A DNA stretch of 64,000 nt from Candidatus Hodarchaeota archaeon (GCA_016840035.1 JAEOTC010000077.1:20053-84052), one strand, 5' to 3'. Positions 38,349 through 47,757 are shown, counted from the stretch's first letter. The notes: generated from the letters alone by a model not told the origin. A program made the numbers and translations.

Positions 38349-38649
38349 TGTAAAGCCTCCTTACCGGAAGTTGATTCTAATTTTCCCTCCAGTTGGGAAG
38401 TATTCCGACGAATTCTATATTGGTTTTACCTTTAACATAAGAGATTTAAAGTACTCAAGAGTGTCTTTAATTGCAAAGCAAGTGTTGAAATAAAAGTCTG
38501 AACATCGTTATTCCTTCAAAGGAATAATAAAATTCATAGTCTAAAGCATTAGACGGGAAGTGGAAGTTATTCAGTATAAATATACTGATACAGACGGTGT
38601 TTTTGATAACAACGCTTTAGATAAGTAAAAAATATAGAAGGTATAAACT

Positions 38650-38784
38650 ATGAAAAAAATAAATTCAAAATACAATGGAACCGCCAATTTCGGCGCAGTT
38701 TTTAATTCACTGTTCGTTTCAGTGAATAACAATCGTCATATTAAACCAGAACCTTATGTTCCAATTAATATGCGTAGTGCTTAG
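38650..38784 (+). CDS. possible 44-aa small ORF in a long convergent intergenic region
   Basis: ATG preceded by a gaagg RBS-like element; MKKINSKYNGTANFGAVFNSLFVSVNNNRHIKPEPYVPINMRSA. There is no other support. Confidence 0.15.
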   Translation: MKKINSKYNGTANFGAVFNSLFVSVNNNRHIKPEPYVPINMRSA

Positions 38785-38842
38785 AATAATCTAAGCCTTT
38801 CAACCCCCAATTTTATTTAGGATCTCTTGTTGAGAGATGAAT

Positions 38843-40204
38843 TTACCAATTTCTAATATTATCCATCACAGTAGTAAATTCATTTTCCCATTCAGGAAAT
38901 TCTTCGGGTGAATTTGGGAATCTCTCAAAAAGATTATCGAATTTCTGTACACCTTTTACTATTTTATATAAATTATACAATAGATCATACCTTGGAAATC
39001 CTTTCAAGACGATTTTAAGGACTTCACTTCTTCCAAGACTCATTCCACCGTGTAAGGTCATAAACTGATCTTGAGATAAAATTTTACGTTTAAATAGATA
39101 TTCTAATCCTGGTGTTTTCACTTTACGTAGTGCTTCTGTGAACAATTGTAATTTAGTATGAGATAATCCGAAATCTTTCATGACTGCCACGTTATATCCC
39201 CATAGTTGCTCAGCACGTACATCTTGAGCTTTTAAAGCCTCGGACGCGACTTTTCCTGCATAATATCCTGCTGCAAGAGCAGGCCCATGTCCTTCCGCAG
39301 AGAACGGATTGACATGAAAAGCACTATCTCCAGCGGCTATAAATCCATGAGTCACGGCGTTCATTAGTGGATACCGTGTTGGAATTGTATACCCACCTTT
39401 ATCTTCCACTTCATAGGTTCCTGGAGGATAGTATTTATGCAAAACTTCTCTAAAAAGCTCCTTCATCCCTTTCTCAACTGACATATCGAGATACCATCCA
39501 ATACCAATATTTAATCTTTTAGGTCCCTTACTGAAGATCCAAAAATATCCAGGTTCAGGAATTTTACCGTCATATATCAAGAGTATTTTCTTTGCATACG
39601 GATGGTCTTCTTTTAGACGAATTATTTCACGGTAGGAGGCGGCTACATCTCTTTTTTCCATTTTCTTCTCTAAATTGGGAAAAAGGTGAGAAGGAACTGT
39701 TTTTCTGATCTGATAATTTCTTCCACTACAATCAATTGTGATGTGTGAATGAATCTCATATGGAGTTGTCTCCCCTTTTTTCTTTACTATTGCTCCTTTT
39801 ACTCCAGTTTCATCTACGATTGCTTTTATTGCCTTAGTTTCTGCGCGTACTTCCACACCACTCTCTACTGCCAACTTTAAAAGACGTTGCCCATAAGGAT
39901 GTCTATTAAGGACGAATCCGTCTCCAAATAATGGAAAAGTTACCTTATCAGTTTGGAAAACTAAGGCTTCTACATCATCAGCTACTTCTTCGCCAGATGG
40001 GAATTTTATCCCTAGTTCTTTATCCAACATCTTCAGTGGGCCAAGATTTATCGCATCCCCGCATGTTTTATTTCCTATCTCTTCATATGATTTAGCATCA
40101 ATCAAAATAACTTTATGGCCATTTTTAGCTGAAGTCAATGCTGAAATAACTCCAGCAGGCCCTCCACCGACCACTAAGACATCTGTATTTTCCATAATAC
40201 CCAC
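38843..40204 (-). CDS. geranylgeranyl reductase-family flavoprotein
   Basis: FAD fold DVLVVGGGPAGV, KTCGDAI, AAGDSAF. Size 453 aa. Confidence 0.85.
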   Translation of the reverse strand: MGIMENTDVLVVGGGPAGVISALTSAKNGHKVILIDAKSYEEIGNKTCGDAINLGPLKMLDKELGIKFPSGEEVADDVEALVFQTDKVTFPLFGDGFVLNRHPYGQRLLKLAVESGVEVRAETKAIKAIVDETGVKGAIVKKKGETTPYEIHSHITIDCSGRNYQIRKTVPSHLFPNLEKKMEKRDVAASYREIIRLKEDHPYAKKILLIYDGKIPEPGYFWIFSKGPKRLNIGIGWYLDMSVEKGMKELFREVLHKYYPPGTYEVEDKGGYTIPTRYPLMNAVTHGFIAAGDSAFHVNPFSAEGHGPALAAGYYAGKVASEALKAQDVRAEQLWGYNVAVMKDFGLSHTKLQLFTEALRKVKTPGLEYLFKRKILSQDQFMTLHGGMSLGRSEVLKIVLKGFPRYDLLYNLYKIVKGVQKFDNLFERFPNSPEEFPEWENEFTTVMDNIRNW

Positions 40205-40291
40205 TATCCCGACAGATTGGGAAAAAGCTATTCTGATTAAAAAGAAAATCGATCATCACCCTCGCAATTAATTTCACAAAACTTTTTTAGA

Positions 40292-41392
40292 GTGAAACCT
40301 AGAGCTAGACAAATCTCACAGACTATTCTCTTGAGAGATGATATCGGAGCATATTTTGAAGTGGAATCGGACCAACGACGATTATATCTTAATAATTGGG
40401 CATTGATGACTTCAGACGACCGTGTGATGTGGTCTTTTGGAGATATCAACCAAGAAAAACAACAAATGACACTCGACTTTATCACGGCTCTATCCAAGCT
40501 TGGTCATGAAATTTGGGGAACAGACCAATCAATTGGTACCATTCGGTTAAGATATGCTACACCTCACCCTAGTCATGCAAGAGAAATTTTGATTATTGAT
40601 TTACATCGCAAATATAATATTGTGATATCTGATCCACTTGTTACTACAAGACTTTTACGGAAGATTACGGTAAATGATGCTCAATCTCCGGAGATTGATA
40701 ATATCCGAAGTATTCTTGCGGGATCTGCAGCAGTTACGTATTCCCAATTCTTCTCTGAAGGAAGTTCCATGGAGCCATCTTTAGTGGATGAAATTTTCCA
40801 AGAAGCAGTAACTGCTGTTACTTATAATAAGAAAGTAACTGTTGGAAACGGAGAATGTTCATTTTCTGCTCTCTCGGTTGAAGAACTCCTCTTTTTCCAT
40901 GCTTTATTGAAAAATTTATTTGAATCTCATTCCCGTTATTCGAGTTTCCCTGAAACTCGTCCTTGGGGCGTTGTACATTCTAGCACTGGAGCTCAAGTGT
41001 ATTTAGAGCATCAACCTCCGATTGACGGTGCTTTAATTAGCGCCTTTTCCTCGGTTACTGCAGCATACTGCAATCTTCTATTTTCTGCATATCCAGCCCG
41101 ACTTGTCTTTGGTTATGATGCTTCGTCAGGTATGGAATTTATATCAACGACAAACAATATTTTCGTCATAAACAATCCACAGCGTCTTTTAAAACTCCAG
41201 AGATTTGTTCGACAATGGAAAAAAGTACCTAAAAATATCAAAGAAGATCTCATTCCAGCAATGAAAGCATATTTTGTAGAATTAGCTACCTTAGAGGAGC
41301 AACAAAGGCTTAAATCTCTCGAATTTCATCAAGTAATAAATAATTTAACACATATGGGAATACGTCGAGCAAGGGAGTACAAAGAACTATAA
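40292..41392 (+). CDS. hypothetical protein (possible tandem longin/roadblock-like alpha/beta domains)
   Basis: 366-aa ORF with a GTG start; an alternative ATG lies at 40406. The alternating strand/helix pattern was judged by eye. No catalytic motif was seen. Confidence 0.5.
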   Translation: MKPRARQISQTILLRDDIGAYFEVESDQRRLYLNNWALMTSDDRVMWSFGDINQEKQQMTLDFITALSKLGHEIWGTDQSIGTIRLRYATPHPSHAREILIIDLHRKYNIVISDPLVTTRLLRKITVNDAQSPEIDNIRSILAGSAAVTYSQFFSEGSSMEPSLVDEIFQEAVTAVTYNKKVTVGNGECSFSALSVEELLFFHALLKNLFESHSRYSSFPETRPWGVVHSSTGAQVYLEHQPPIDGALISAFSSVTAAYCNLLFSAYPARLVFGYDASSGMEFISTTNNIFVINNPQRLLKLQRFVRQWKKVPKNIKEDLIPAMKAYFVELATLEEQQRLKSLEFHQVINNLTHMGIRRAREYKEL

Positions 41393-41842
41393 AGCGACCG
41401 ATATATCAGCAATTAATGGATGAGTACTTTCTATTAGCTCTTCAACGGATATAAGTAAATTTTTCCCTTCCTCACCTCCACCTCCATAGACTTTTTGTTG
41501 ATTTAAAGCCAATTCGTCTAAGATTGTCGGTAATTCAAGACTGATGGGAGGAACGTCTCCAACGTAGTACCCTGTTTGCTTCTTAACTCTATTAGGCGAA
41601 GCTAGTTTAATATCTCGCACAAGTAACAATTTTTTTAACTTGGAGGTTTTTATTTTCCGATTTCCTTGTAAGATCACAAGATAGTAATTATCTGAAGGGT
41701 CTACAACAATAATAGATTTTACAATTTCTTCAATCTTGCATTTTAATACTTTACATGTTTCTTCTACTGTTCGTGTAGGTGAATCAACAATAATTAACGA
41801 TGCACTCAATCCATGTGTTGTAATATAGTCAGATAAATCCAT
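41387..41842 (-). CDS. YbaK/EbsC-type aminoacyl-tRNA editing (deacylase) domain protein
   Basis: Size is 151 aa. The pattern ..KSIIVV...YYLVILQGNRKIKTSKLKKLL...TGYYVGDVPPI resembles YbaK/ProX. Confidence 0.65.
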   Translation of the reverse strand: MDLSDYITTHGLSASLIIVDSPTRTVEETCKVLKCKIEEIVKSIIVVDPSDNYYLVILQGNRKIKTSKLKKLLLVRDIKLASPNRVKKQTGYYVGDVPPISLELPTILDELALNQQKVYGGGGEEGKNLLISVEELIESTHPLIADISVAL

Positions 41843-41921
41843 TATTAGACCCGAATCAGCTAATGTAAGTAGTGAAATCCACAGGGAGCTTTCTTAAAAA
41901 TTATGTGAGATATTTCTAAAC

Positions 41922-42482
41922 ATGCTTTTTGGTCAGAATATTTACTTGCGAGGGTTAGAACTCACAGATCTTCCAGAAATCATGAAATATTGGAATAATC
42001 AAGAATTAAAACAATTTTTAAATGCAACTACACCTCATTCAGCTCAGGAAGAGGAGGAATGGATTCGTAAAACTTGGGAAGAAAGAAAAAATGGGGAATC
42101 CTATGTATATGGAATTGTTCTGACTGACTCTGACATCTATATTGGAAATGTAGAAGTTAGAATCAAAGACCCAATAAGTCGTCGTGGGAATTTAGGGATA
42201 GCAATATTTAATCCAGTTTATTGGGGTAAAGGATTTGGTACGGAGGCAATCGAAGTAATGCTCAAATATGCCTTTACAACCCTAAATCTACATTCAGCCG
42301 AACTGGAAGTGTTTTCAAATAATCCTCGAGCTCAGAGGTGTTATGAAAAATGTGGATTCCAGAAATCAGGTGTTCGACGCGAGGCTCTCTTTGTAAATGG
42401 GGAATATCGGGATATATTCCTATTAGATATAACAAAAGAAGAATGGAAAGATAAGAAATCTGAAAATCGCATATCTACTTAG
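41922..42482 (+). CDS. GNAT N-acetyltransferase (RimJ/RimL-like)
   Basis: LRGLELTDLPEIMKYWNN..., GNLGIAIF...WGKGFGTEA, NPRAQRCYEKCGF. Confidence 0.85.
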   Translation: MLFGQNIYLRGLELTDLPEIMKYWNNQELKQFLNATTPHSAQEEEEWIRKTWEERKNGESYVYGIVLTDSDIYIGNVEVRIKDPISRRGNLGIAIFNPVYWGKGFGTEAIEVMLKYAFTTLNLHSAELEVFSNNPRAQRCYEKCGFQKSGVRREALFVNGEYRDIFLLDITKEEWKDKKSENRIST

Positions 42483-43224
42483 CTTTTTTTGGAATTACTA
42501 TTGTATTCTGAATGTTAATTAGTTCAGGTCTCTTCTTGTGGAATTGTCCATAAGTACAGTGGGATTTCAGCTGACAATTTTCACATAATGGCTTAACCTT
42601 ATTACAAACTTGTTGACTGTGACTAACGATTAGTGCATGAAATTTGCCTAAAATGAAATAATCTGAGGGAAGGGATTCCGTCATTAATTCCTGAATAACC
42701 TCGTACTTTAATTGTAAAAATTTAATTTCTCCGAAAATCCGAGCAAAGAATCGTCTTGTGTATGTTCCAACAATAGGTACAGGAGAATTGAAACAATAGA
42801 CTAGCAGGGAGTCTGCAGTTTCCTTTCCAACCCCTTTTATGTTAATTAACTCCTTACGTGAGGGAACTCCATCCTTTCTTGAACTATAGCTAGAAAACGC
42901 TTTGGATAACGATATCAAGGATCGAGCCTTTTGCTTATAAAATCCTGCAGGACGTATTAGCTCTTCAAGATGGCCTACTTCAGTTCTAAGAATCTCCTCA
43001 AACGAATTGATATTTTCCTTAAATAAATTTGATATAGCAATATCTACATTCTTCCAATTTGTATTTTGTACTAGGATTGTACCAATCGCTACCTCAAATA
43101 TTTCTTGGGTTGATTTCTCTTTTAGCCAAAGCATCCAAGTCTCGTGATGTGGTTCAATCCGTACATAGATGGTGGATAACATTTGAAAGAGACTAATGAA
43201 CTCCAATGCAATCACTTCTCTCAT
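42475..43224 (-). CDS. endonuclease III-like HhH-GPD family protein with [4Fe-4S] loop
   Basis: VQNTNWKNV, FYKQKA, HhH LINIKGVGKETADSLLVY, and a C-terminal Cys cluster CNKVKPLCENCQLKSHC. Confidence 0.8.
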   Translation of the reverse strand: MREVIALEFISLFQMLSTIYVRIEPHHETWMLWLKEKSTQEIFEVAIGTILVQNTNWKNVDIAISNLFKENINSFEEILRTEVGHLEELIRPAGFYKQKARSLISLSKAFSSYSSRKDGVPSRKELINIKGVGKETADSLLVYCFNSPVPIVGTYTRRFFARIFGEIKFLQLKYEVIQELMTESLPSDYFILGKFHALIVSHSQQVCNKVKPLCENCQLKSHCTYGQFHKKRPELINIQNTIVIPKKAK

Positions 43225-43470
43225 TCATGAAGGGGAGGCTGAATCGATTTGATTTTGGATGTTCAGTTTACTGACAATGTGTAAGATGCTAACTAGACAA
43301 ATCAAACTTTACAGTTGTTCTTAAAACGAATTGTTAATAAATCCTCACCTCATCCAATATTTGCACACTTGCTTTTTACTTTGAATGACATATTGTCGGA
43401 TAAAAGTAATGAATAAGTAGCTACTTAGGACGAATTGTCTAGTCAAATTCATATATTATGACAAAATGGT

Positions 43471-43878
43471 TTGAATTGTATGTCGAGTCAAGACTCTGAA
43501 GTTCAGTTAGAAGTCATCGCTTGGCAAGTGATGATTGTCTCCGTTTTTCGACATACAGAAAGACAAACTCTAAATTTACTAATATCACTTTTAGGTATTT
43601 CATCCCTTGTTGATGCCACCTTTCTGATAGAACAAATATTTGAACTCATCAGAAAGGGAATGATCTATATTCCTGAAGCTAGACTGGAGATATTTCACGA
43701 GGCACCCGAACTTGTAGATGTTTATCTCATCAAGGATTTTGATGAATCAATGAAATCTCTTGTCAAAGAACTTGCCGATCTAAGAGTAAAACTGAGTCAG
43801 GTTGAAGAAATTATTCCTCAAAAGGTTCTGATAGACTGGAAGAACTATATTGAGGGCAAATACATTAACTCTCGATAG
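43471..43878 (+). CDS. hypothetical protein
   Basis: 135-aa ORF with a TTG start (an ATG lies 9 nt downstream). It may be a winged-helix-like N-terminal half plus a C-terminal coiled coil, judged by eye. Confidence 0.4.
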   Translation: MNCMSSQDSEVQLEVIAWQVMIVSVFRHTERQTLNLLISLLGISSLVDATFLIEQIFELIRKGMIYIPEARLEIFHEAPELVDVYLIKDFDESMKSLVKELADLRVKLSQVEEIIPQKVLIDWKNYIEGKYINSR

Positions 43879-43950
43879 TCTGCGTTGGATTTAGTTCAAT
43901 CAATACATATCTAGCTTCTTGATTGACTTTGCACTTTGGCTCTAGATTTT

Positions 43951-43983
43951 TAATCCTCTCCCAATCCTCCTTCAATCCTCCTC
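43951..43983. repeat. three tandem 11-bp direct repeats (yAATCCTCyyy) upstream of the RHH gene
   Basis: taatcctctcc / caatcctcctt / caatcctcctc. The AATCCTC cores lie at 43952, 43963 and 43974, an exact 11-bp spacing, 43-75 nt upstream of the ATG at 44026. Confidence 0.6.
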
Positions 43984-44025
43984 TATGAATATCGGAAGAA
44001 TGAATCTTTTTGGAATTGACCCATT

Positions 44026-44238
44026 ATGACGAAAATCTCTGTTGAAGTACCTCAACACATACTTGATGACCTGCAAAACCATATTGGAACGGATAAAAAG
44101 TTCGTAAGTCTAAGTGATGCGATTCGTGCGGCATTACGCAAGTTATTGGACTCTTTAGACGAGATTGATAAACGACATGGAAGAACATCCAAAATTTCAA
44201 AAGGAAAGTTAGTTGAAGATTCGATAAAGAAACAATGA
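44026..44238 (+). CDS. ribbon-helix-helix (CopG/Arc-like) DNA-binding protein
   Basis: MTKISVEVPQHILDDLQNHIG..VSLSDAIRAALRKLL matches the beta-strand plus two-helix RHH pattern. Size 70 aa. Confidence 0.6.
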   Translation: MTKISVEVPQHILDDLQNHIGTDKKFVSLSDAIRAALRKLLDSLDEIDKRHGRTSKISKGKLVEDSIKKQ

Positions 44239-44257
44239 AGAACGGAGAAGAAAAGCT

Positions 44258-45022
44258 TTGGAAACAATAGTAACAGTAATAGGAGTCTTTCTAGCTCTAG
44301 GAATATTTACATATTTAGCAGCAAAACATACTGTCAAAACCAATTCTTATCATGCATTATTAGCAAGTTATATTCTGTTTCTTACCTTAGCTCAATTCTT
44401 TGCAGCTAAGATAACCCATTTTGACCTTGATTTTCTATTTTTGGGAACTGTTTATGCCCCCGTAGGAGTCATTGTATTCCCATTTACCTTACAAATTACT
44501 GACATGGTGAACGAGAAATTTGGAAGACGTGCAGTATACAATATGATTTGGATCGCTTTGGTAAGCCAAATATTGATGGTTATCTTCTTAATATTCGCTA
44601 TAAATTTACCTAATGAAGTTAAACCTACCGACCCCTTAGCTGGATTTGCAGTCGTTCCAGCATTTACATTAGCCTCTTGGATTAGCTTTTTTATCAGTGA
44701 ACGGTTCGACGCGTGGATTTATGACAATCTAAGAATATGGATTCAAAAGAAAACACAGAATGATACCGATTGGTGGAAGTACCTTTGGATTCGCAATGTC
44801 TTTAGTGACCTCCTTAGCCTAGGACTCGATTCTCTGATCTTCGTGCCACTCGGTTTCTATGTTTTTCTTTCAATTCATAGTTATTTTGATCCTAACGTAA
44901 TCCCTTATACCCTTAATGAAGTTCAAAGGCTTATTACAGGACAGATTATTATCAAATGGTTTTTAGGAATAATTGATACCCCGTTCATGTATCTAACGCG
45001 TTGGATATATGATAAAAACTAG
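44258..45022 (+). CDS. yhhQ: YhhQ/DUF165 (VUT) family transporter, queuosine-precursor (preQ0/preQ1) transporter-like
   Basis: FPFTLQITDMVNEKFGRRA and SWISFFISERFDAWIYDNLR...IRNVFSDLLSLGLDSLIF parallel conserved YhhQ blocks. Six or more TM helices. TTG start. Confidence 0.7.
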   Translation: METIVTVIGVFLALGIFTYLAAKHTVKTNSYHALLASYILFLTLAQFFAAKITHFDLDFLFLGTVYAPVGVIVFPFTLQITDMVNEKFGRRAVYNMIWIALVSQILMVIFLIFAINLPNEVKPTDPLAGFAVVPAFTLASWISFFISERFDAWIYDNLRIWIQKKTQNDTDWWKYLWIRNVFSDLLSLGLDSLIFVPLGFYVFLSIHSYFDPNVIPYTLNEVQRLITGQIIIKWFLGIIDTPFMYLTRWIYDKN

Positions 45023-45028
45023 GGGATT

Positions 45029-47191
45029 CTATAATTGGGAGATCTTTTCCAAGAAATCTTTAATAGGAACCTTCTCCCTCTTTCTTTCTAACGCATGATA
45101 GTACCAGGTGAGATATTTGAGACCTATACCCATCTTCAGAACGAATTCATCGATTTCTGAAATATCTTCTGATGATCTCTTCAAGAGTGTTAGTTTCTCA
45201 CGAATTTCAACCTTGGTTTTTTGAATAATTTGAGTCCAAGTATTAGGTGTAACTTTATCTAAATGTTTTCTGCAAACGAAAATCACATCAATTCCAATAC
45301 TGTTGGTTCCATGTATCTGAGTGCTTGTTTTCATCTCAGAATGAACTGGATAAATGTTCTTAATGAAAAATTTATGTTCTACTAAAGTTTTTATTAAAAT
45401 GATCCACGCATCCAGTTCTTTATGATGGAATGTGAATATTAACAGGCCCTCGTCTTTTAATACCCTAGCAATTTCTTTGAAAACGGATGAGAGCTCCTTT
45501 CCATACTGCTCATCGAATTTTCCTCTCTTCACATTTTTTACTATCTCAGTTTCCTTTGGTGAGTATTCAGGGATAAACCAAGAATAGTGATCTTTCAATG
45601 CCAGGCGTAACCAGACATAATAGAAGTCTGCAAGTTCCGCATATTGTACATTATCATAGTAGGGGGGATCTGTAACCACTAAATCAATACTTCTTTTAGA
45701 AAGAGGAATATCTGATGAGGAATGACAATAGAGGGAAATTTCCTTTATTTCGGAGTGAGGACTTTCTGTAGATGAGGTCGATGAGATAGGTCGCGAAATT
45801 GGATTTTTCATCTGTTTTCGTTTAGATTTCCCTGATGAATCAATATAAACTTCATATGGAGCTTTTGAGTACTTTTTTACACTTATCATCTTCTTGAAGA
45901 AGTTCTTGAATGTGCCTGTTCCGTATTTTGTTCCCCACGGATTGTTCTCACACGGATTTAGTGTTGCAGGGTATGCATGCTTTCTAAACAAGTTATAAAC
46001 ATAATGATTTTTCCTATGGTATTCACATAACAAATTGTTATACTCTAAAGCGGTTGAAAACGTAATAAGTAAAAATTCTCTACAATTTCTATCTTCAATA
46101 TCGAGTATAGCTGATAATAATTTACCTAATGAAAGGAGCTGCCGTGTATTGAACATTTCGGTGAAATGAAATATTTGATGGTTTAGTAATTCATTTGTTT
46201 TTGCTCCTGGGGGTATTTTTTGAGCTGGTAAAGGTAATTCACTTTTCAATAAATTGTACTCGAATTCGGCTCTCTTGTATAGTTCTATATCATTCTCACT
46301 AGCTGATTTAAAATCTCGAATGTTACATTCACTACAATAATATTCAATTGCATACATTCTTTCATTTGGTTTACCTTGTTGTTTATTCGCTTTAACAATA
46401 CGTCCAGAGTGTGTACATGAAGGGCAATAATATCGTCCTCTCTTAACAAGGAAAGAAGATGATTGAAACCTTGTAGAACACTGTGGGCATCTTGAAGAAT
46501 CTTTTCGCTTTGCTATGAATAGATGATTACAATCTGGACAGATAACGTATTGTGTTGTGTCATCTTTCCTATTAATTGCAAATAGAAAGCTACGATACAG
46601 AGGAATTTTATGACGACATTCTGTACATCGTATTTCCTTAATCCAGAAGTAGTACATAACATCAGCACTAGAATCACACCGATTACAGTCCGTTTTATAA
46701 AAACGTTGAATATCCTCCTTTACTTTGAGAGAAATATCCTGAAAAACCGTTTGAAGATGATCCAAATCCACATCTTCAATTTCTTTCTTGACCGTAAACC
46801 ACGCTACAGGGTTTAAATCACCTCCAATAACTCTAGAGTATCCTAATCTCAGTGCTTCAATAATAGTTGTCCCTCCTCCCATAAATGGATCCAAAATTGT
46901 CTTATCTGAAAAAGAATGATCTTTTAAATATAAATCCCAGAATTTACTTTCCTTGGAGCTTTCTTCATGATTATTAGCGTCGACACTTGCATAGATTAAA
47001 ATGGATCGAAAAACAGAACCCAATCTACGAGCAAACCATTTATGCAGAGTTAATATTGGACGATAATAGCGTTTTGCACTACTTTCACGATACGCAATCC
47101 GACTAACTAATGTAAACGGAAAATATCGTTCAATCGCTCTTTCATTACCTAGGTTTTGGGTTTCAAGGGTACTTGGTGGTGATTTACGCAT
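45029..47191 (-). CDS. Zn-ribbon-containing adenine-specific DNA methyltransferase (COG1743 / DUF1156-type), paralog B
   Basis: N-terminal YYRPILTLHKWFARRLGS (DUF1156-like). SAM motif LDPFMGGGTT. Several CxxC pairs (CNRC, CTEC, CPDC, CPQC, CPSC, CSEC). Catalytic VVTDPPYYDNVQY. Confidence 0.85.
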   Translation of the reverse strand: MRKSPPSTLETQNLGNERAIERYFPFTLVSRIAYRESSAKRYYRPILTLHKWFARRLGSVFRSILIYASVDANNHEESSKESKFWDLYLKDHSFSDKTILDPFMGGGTTIIEALRLGYSRVIGGDLNPVAWFTVKKEIEDVDLDHLQTVFQDISLKVKEDIQRFYKTDCNRCDSSADVMYYFWIKEIRCTECRHKIPLYRSFLFAINRKDDTTQYVICPDCNHLFIAKRKDSSRCPQCSTRFQSSSFLVKRGRYYCPSCTHSGRIVKANKQQGKPNERMYAIEYYCSECNIRDFKSASENDIELYKRAEFEYNLLKSELPLPAQKIPPGAKTNELLNHQIFHFTEMFNTRQLLSLGKLLSAILDIEDRNCREFLLITFSTALEYNNLLCEYHRKNHYVYNLFRKHAYPATLNPCENNPWGTKYGTGTFKNFFKKMISVKKYSKAPYEVYIDSSGKSKRKQMKNPISRPISSTSSTESPHSEIKEISLYCHSSSDIPLSKRSIDLVVTDPPYYDNVQYAELADFYYVWLRLALKDHYSWFIPEYSPKETEIVKNVKRGKFDEQYGKELSSVFKEIARVLKDEGLLIFTFHHKELDAWIILIKTLVEHKFFIKNIYPVHSEMKTSTQIHGTNSIGIDVIFVCRKHLDKVTPNTWTQIIQKTKVEIREKLTLLKRSSEDISEIDEFVLKMGIGLKYLTWYYHALERKREKVPIKDFLEKISQL

Positions 47192-47757
47192 CTTGGTTCA
47201 TAAGTCTCTGATTGTCCCGAATTTTCAATTAAGACTAGAGGACTATTATAAGGACTGGGCTTTCCATCTAACAATCTTTGTGTAAGGACAGCCCACCGAT
47301 TACAATTTGGAAATTCACATATAGCAGTTAAGCGTGTTACATGGTGTGCTCTTCCAACTAATGAAGGCATTGGTCCAAATGGTTCTCCTCTGAAACTTAA
47401 GAGCAATCCACAGACTATCACATGATAATCCTTCTGTAGTAATTCTTCGATGACCTCAACAAGATCATCTGCAAAGAATTGTGCCTCATCAACTCCCACG
47501 AACTTACAATCTAGAGATTCTAAATAAGATAAAATCTCTGCTGGATTATTCTCATCCACGATAATCGCATCTAATTGCATATCACTCCCTCGTGATGCAA
47601 TCCCCCGTTCTCGGGTATTAACTGCGGGTTTGAAGACAATTCCTTTAATATCAGAATAACGAAGTTCGTTAAACATCCGAATTAAATACTCACTTTTACC
47701 CGATTTCATTGGCCCAAATATAGCTTCGAGATATCCAGGTTTATAGATTTCTGGCAA
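47149..47757 (-). CDS. tdk: thymidine kinase (TK1 type)
   Basis: P-loop GPMKSGKSE, VGVDEAQFF, VCGLLLSFRGEPFG, and Zn-site cysteines ICEFPNC...YEPRC. Size 202 aa. Confidence 0.9.
   Translation of the reverse strand: MPEIYKPGYLEAIFGPMKSGKSEYLIRMFNELRYSDIKGIVFKPAVNTRERGIASRGSDMQLDAIIVDENNPAEILSYLESLDCKFVGVDEAQFFADDLVEVIEELLQKDYHVIVCGLLLSFRGEPFGPMPSLVGRAHHVTRLTAICEFPNCNRWAVLTQRLLDGKPSPYNSPLVLIENSGQSETYEPRCVNHHQVPLKPKT

Noticed and set aside
43414-43427. 14-bp perfect palindrome TAAGTAGCTACTTA upstream of the 43471 ORF as a regulatory site
   Set aside because: Several perfect palindromes of this length are expected by chance in 64 kb of AT-rich sequence. No repeat copy or recognisable partner regulator was found.
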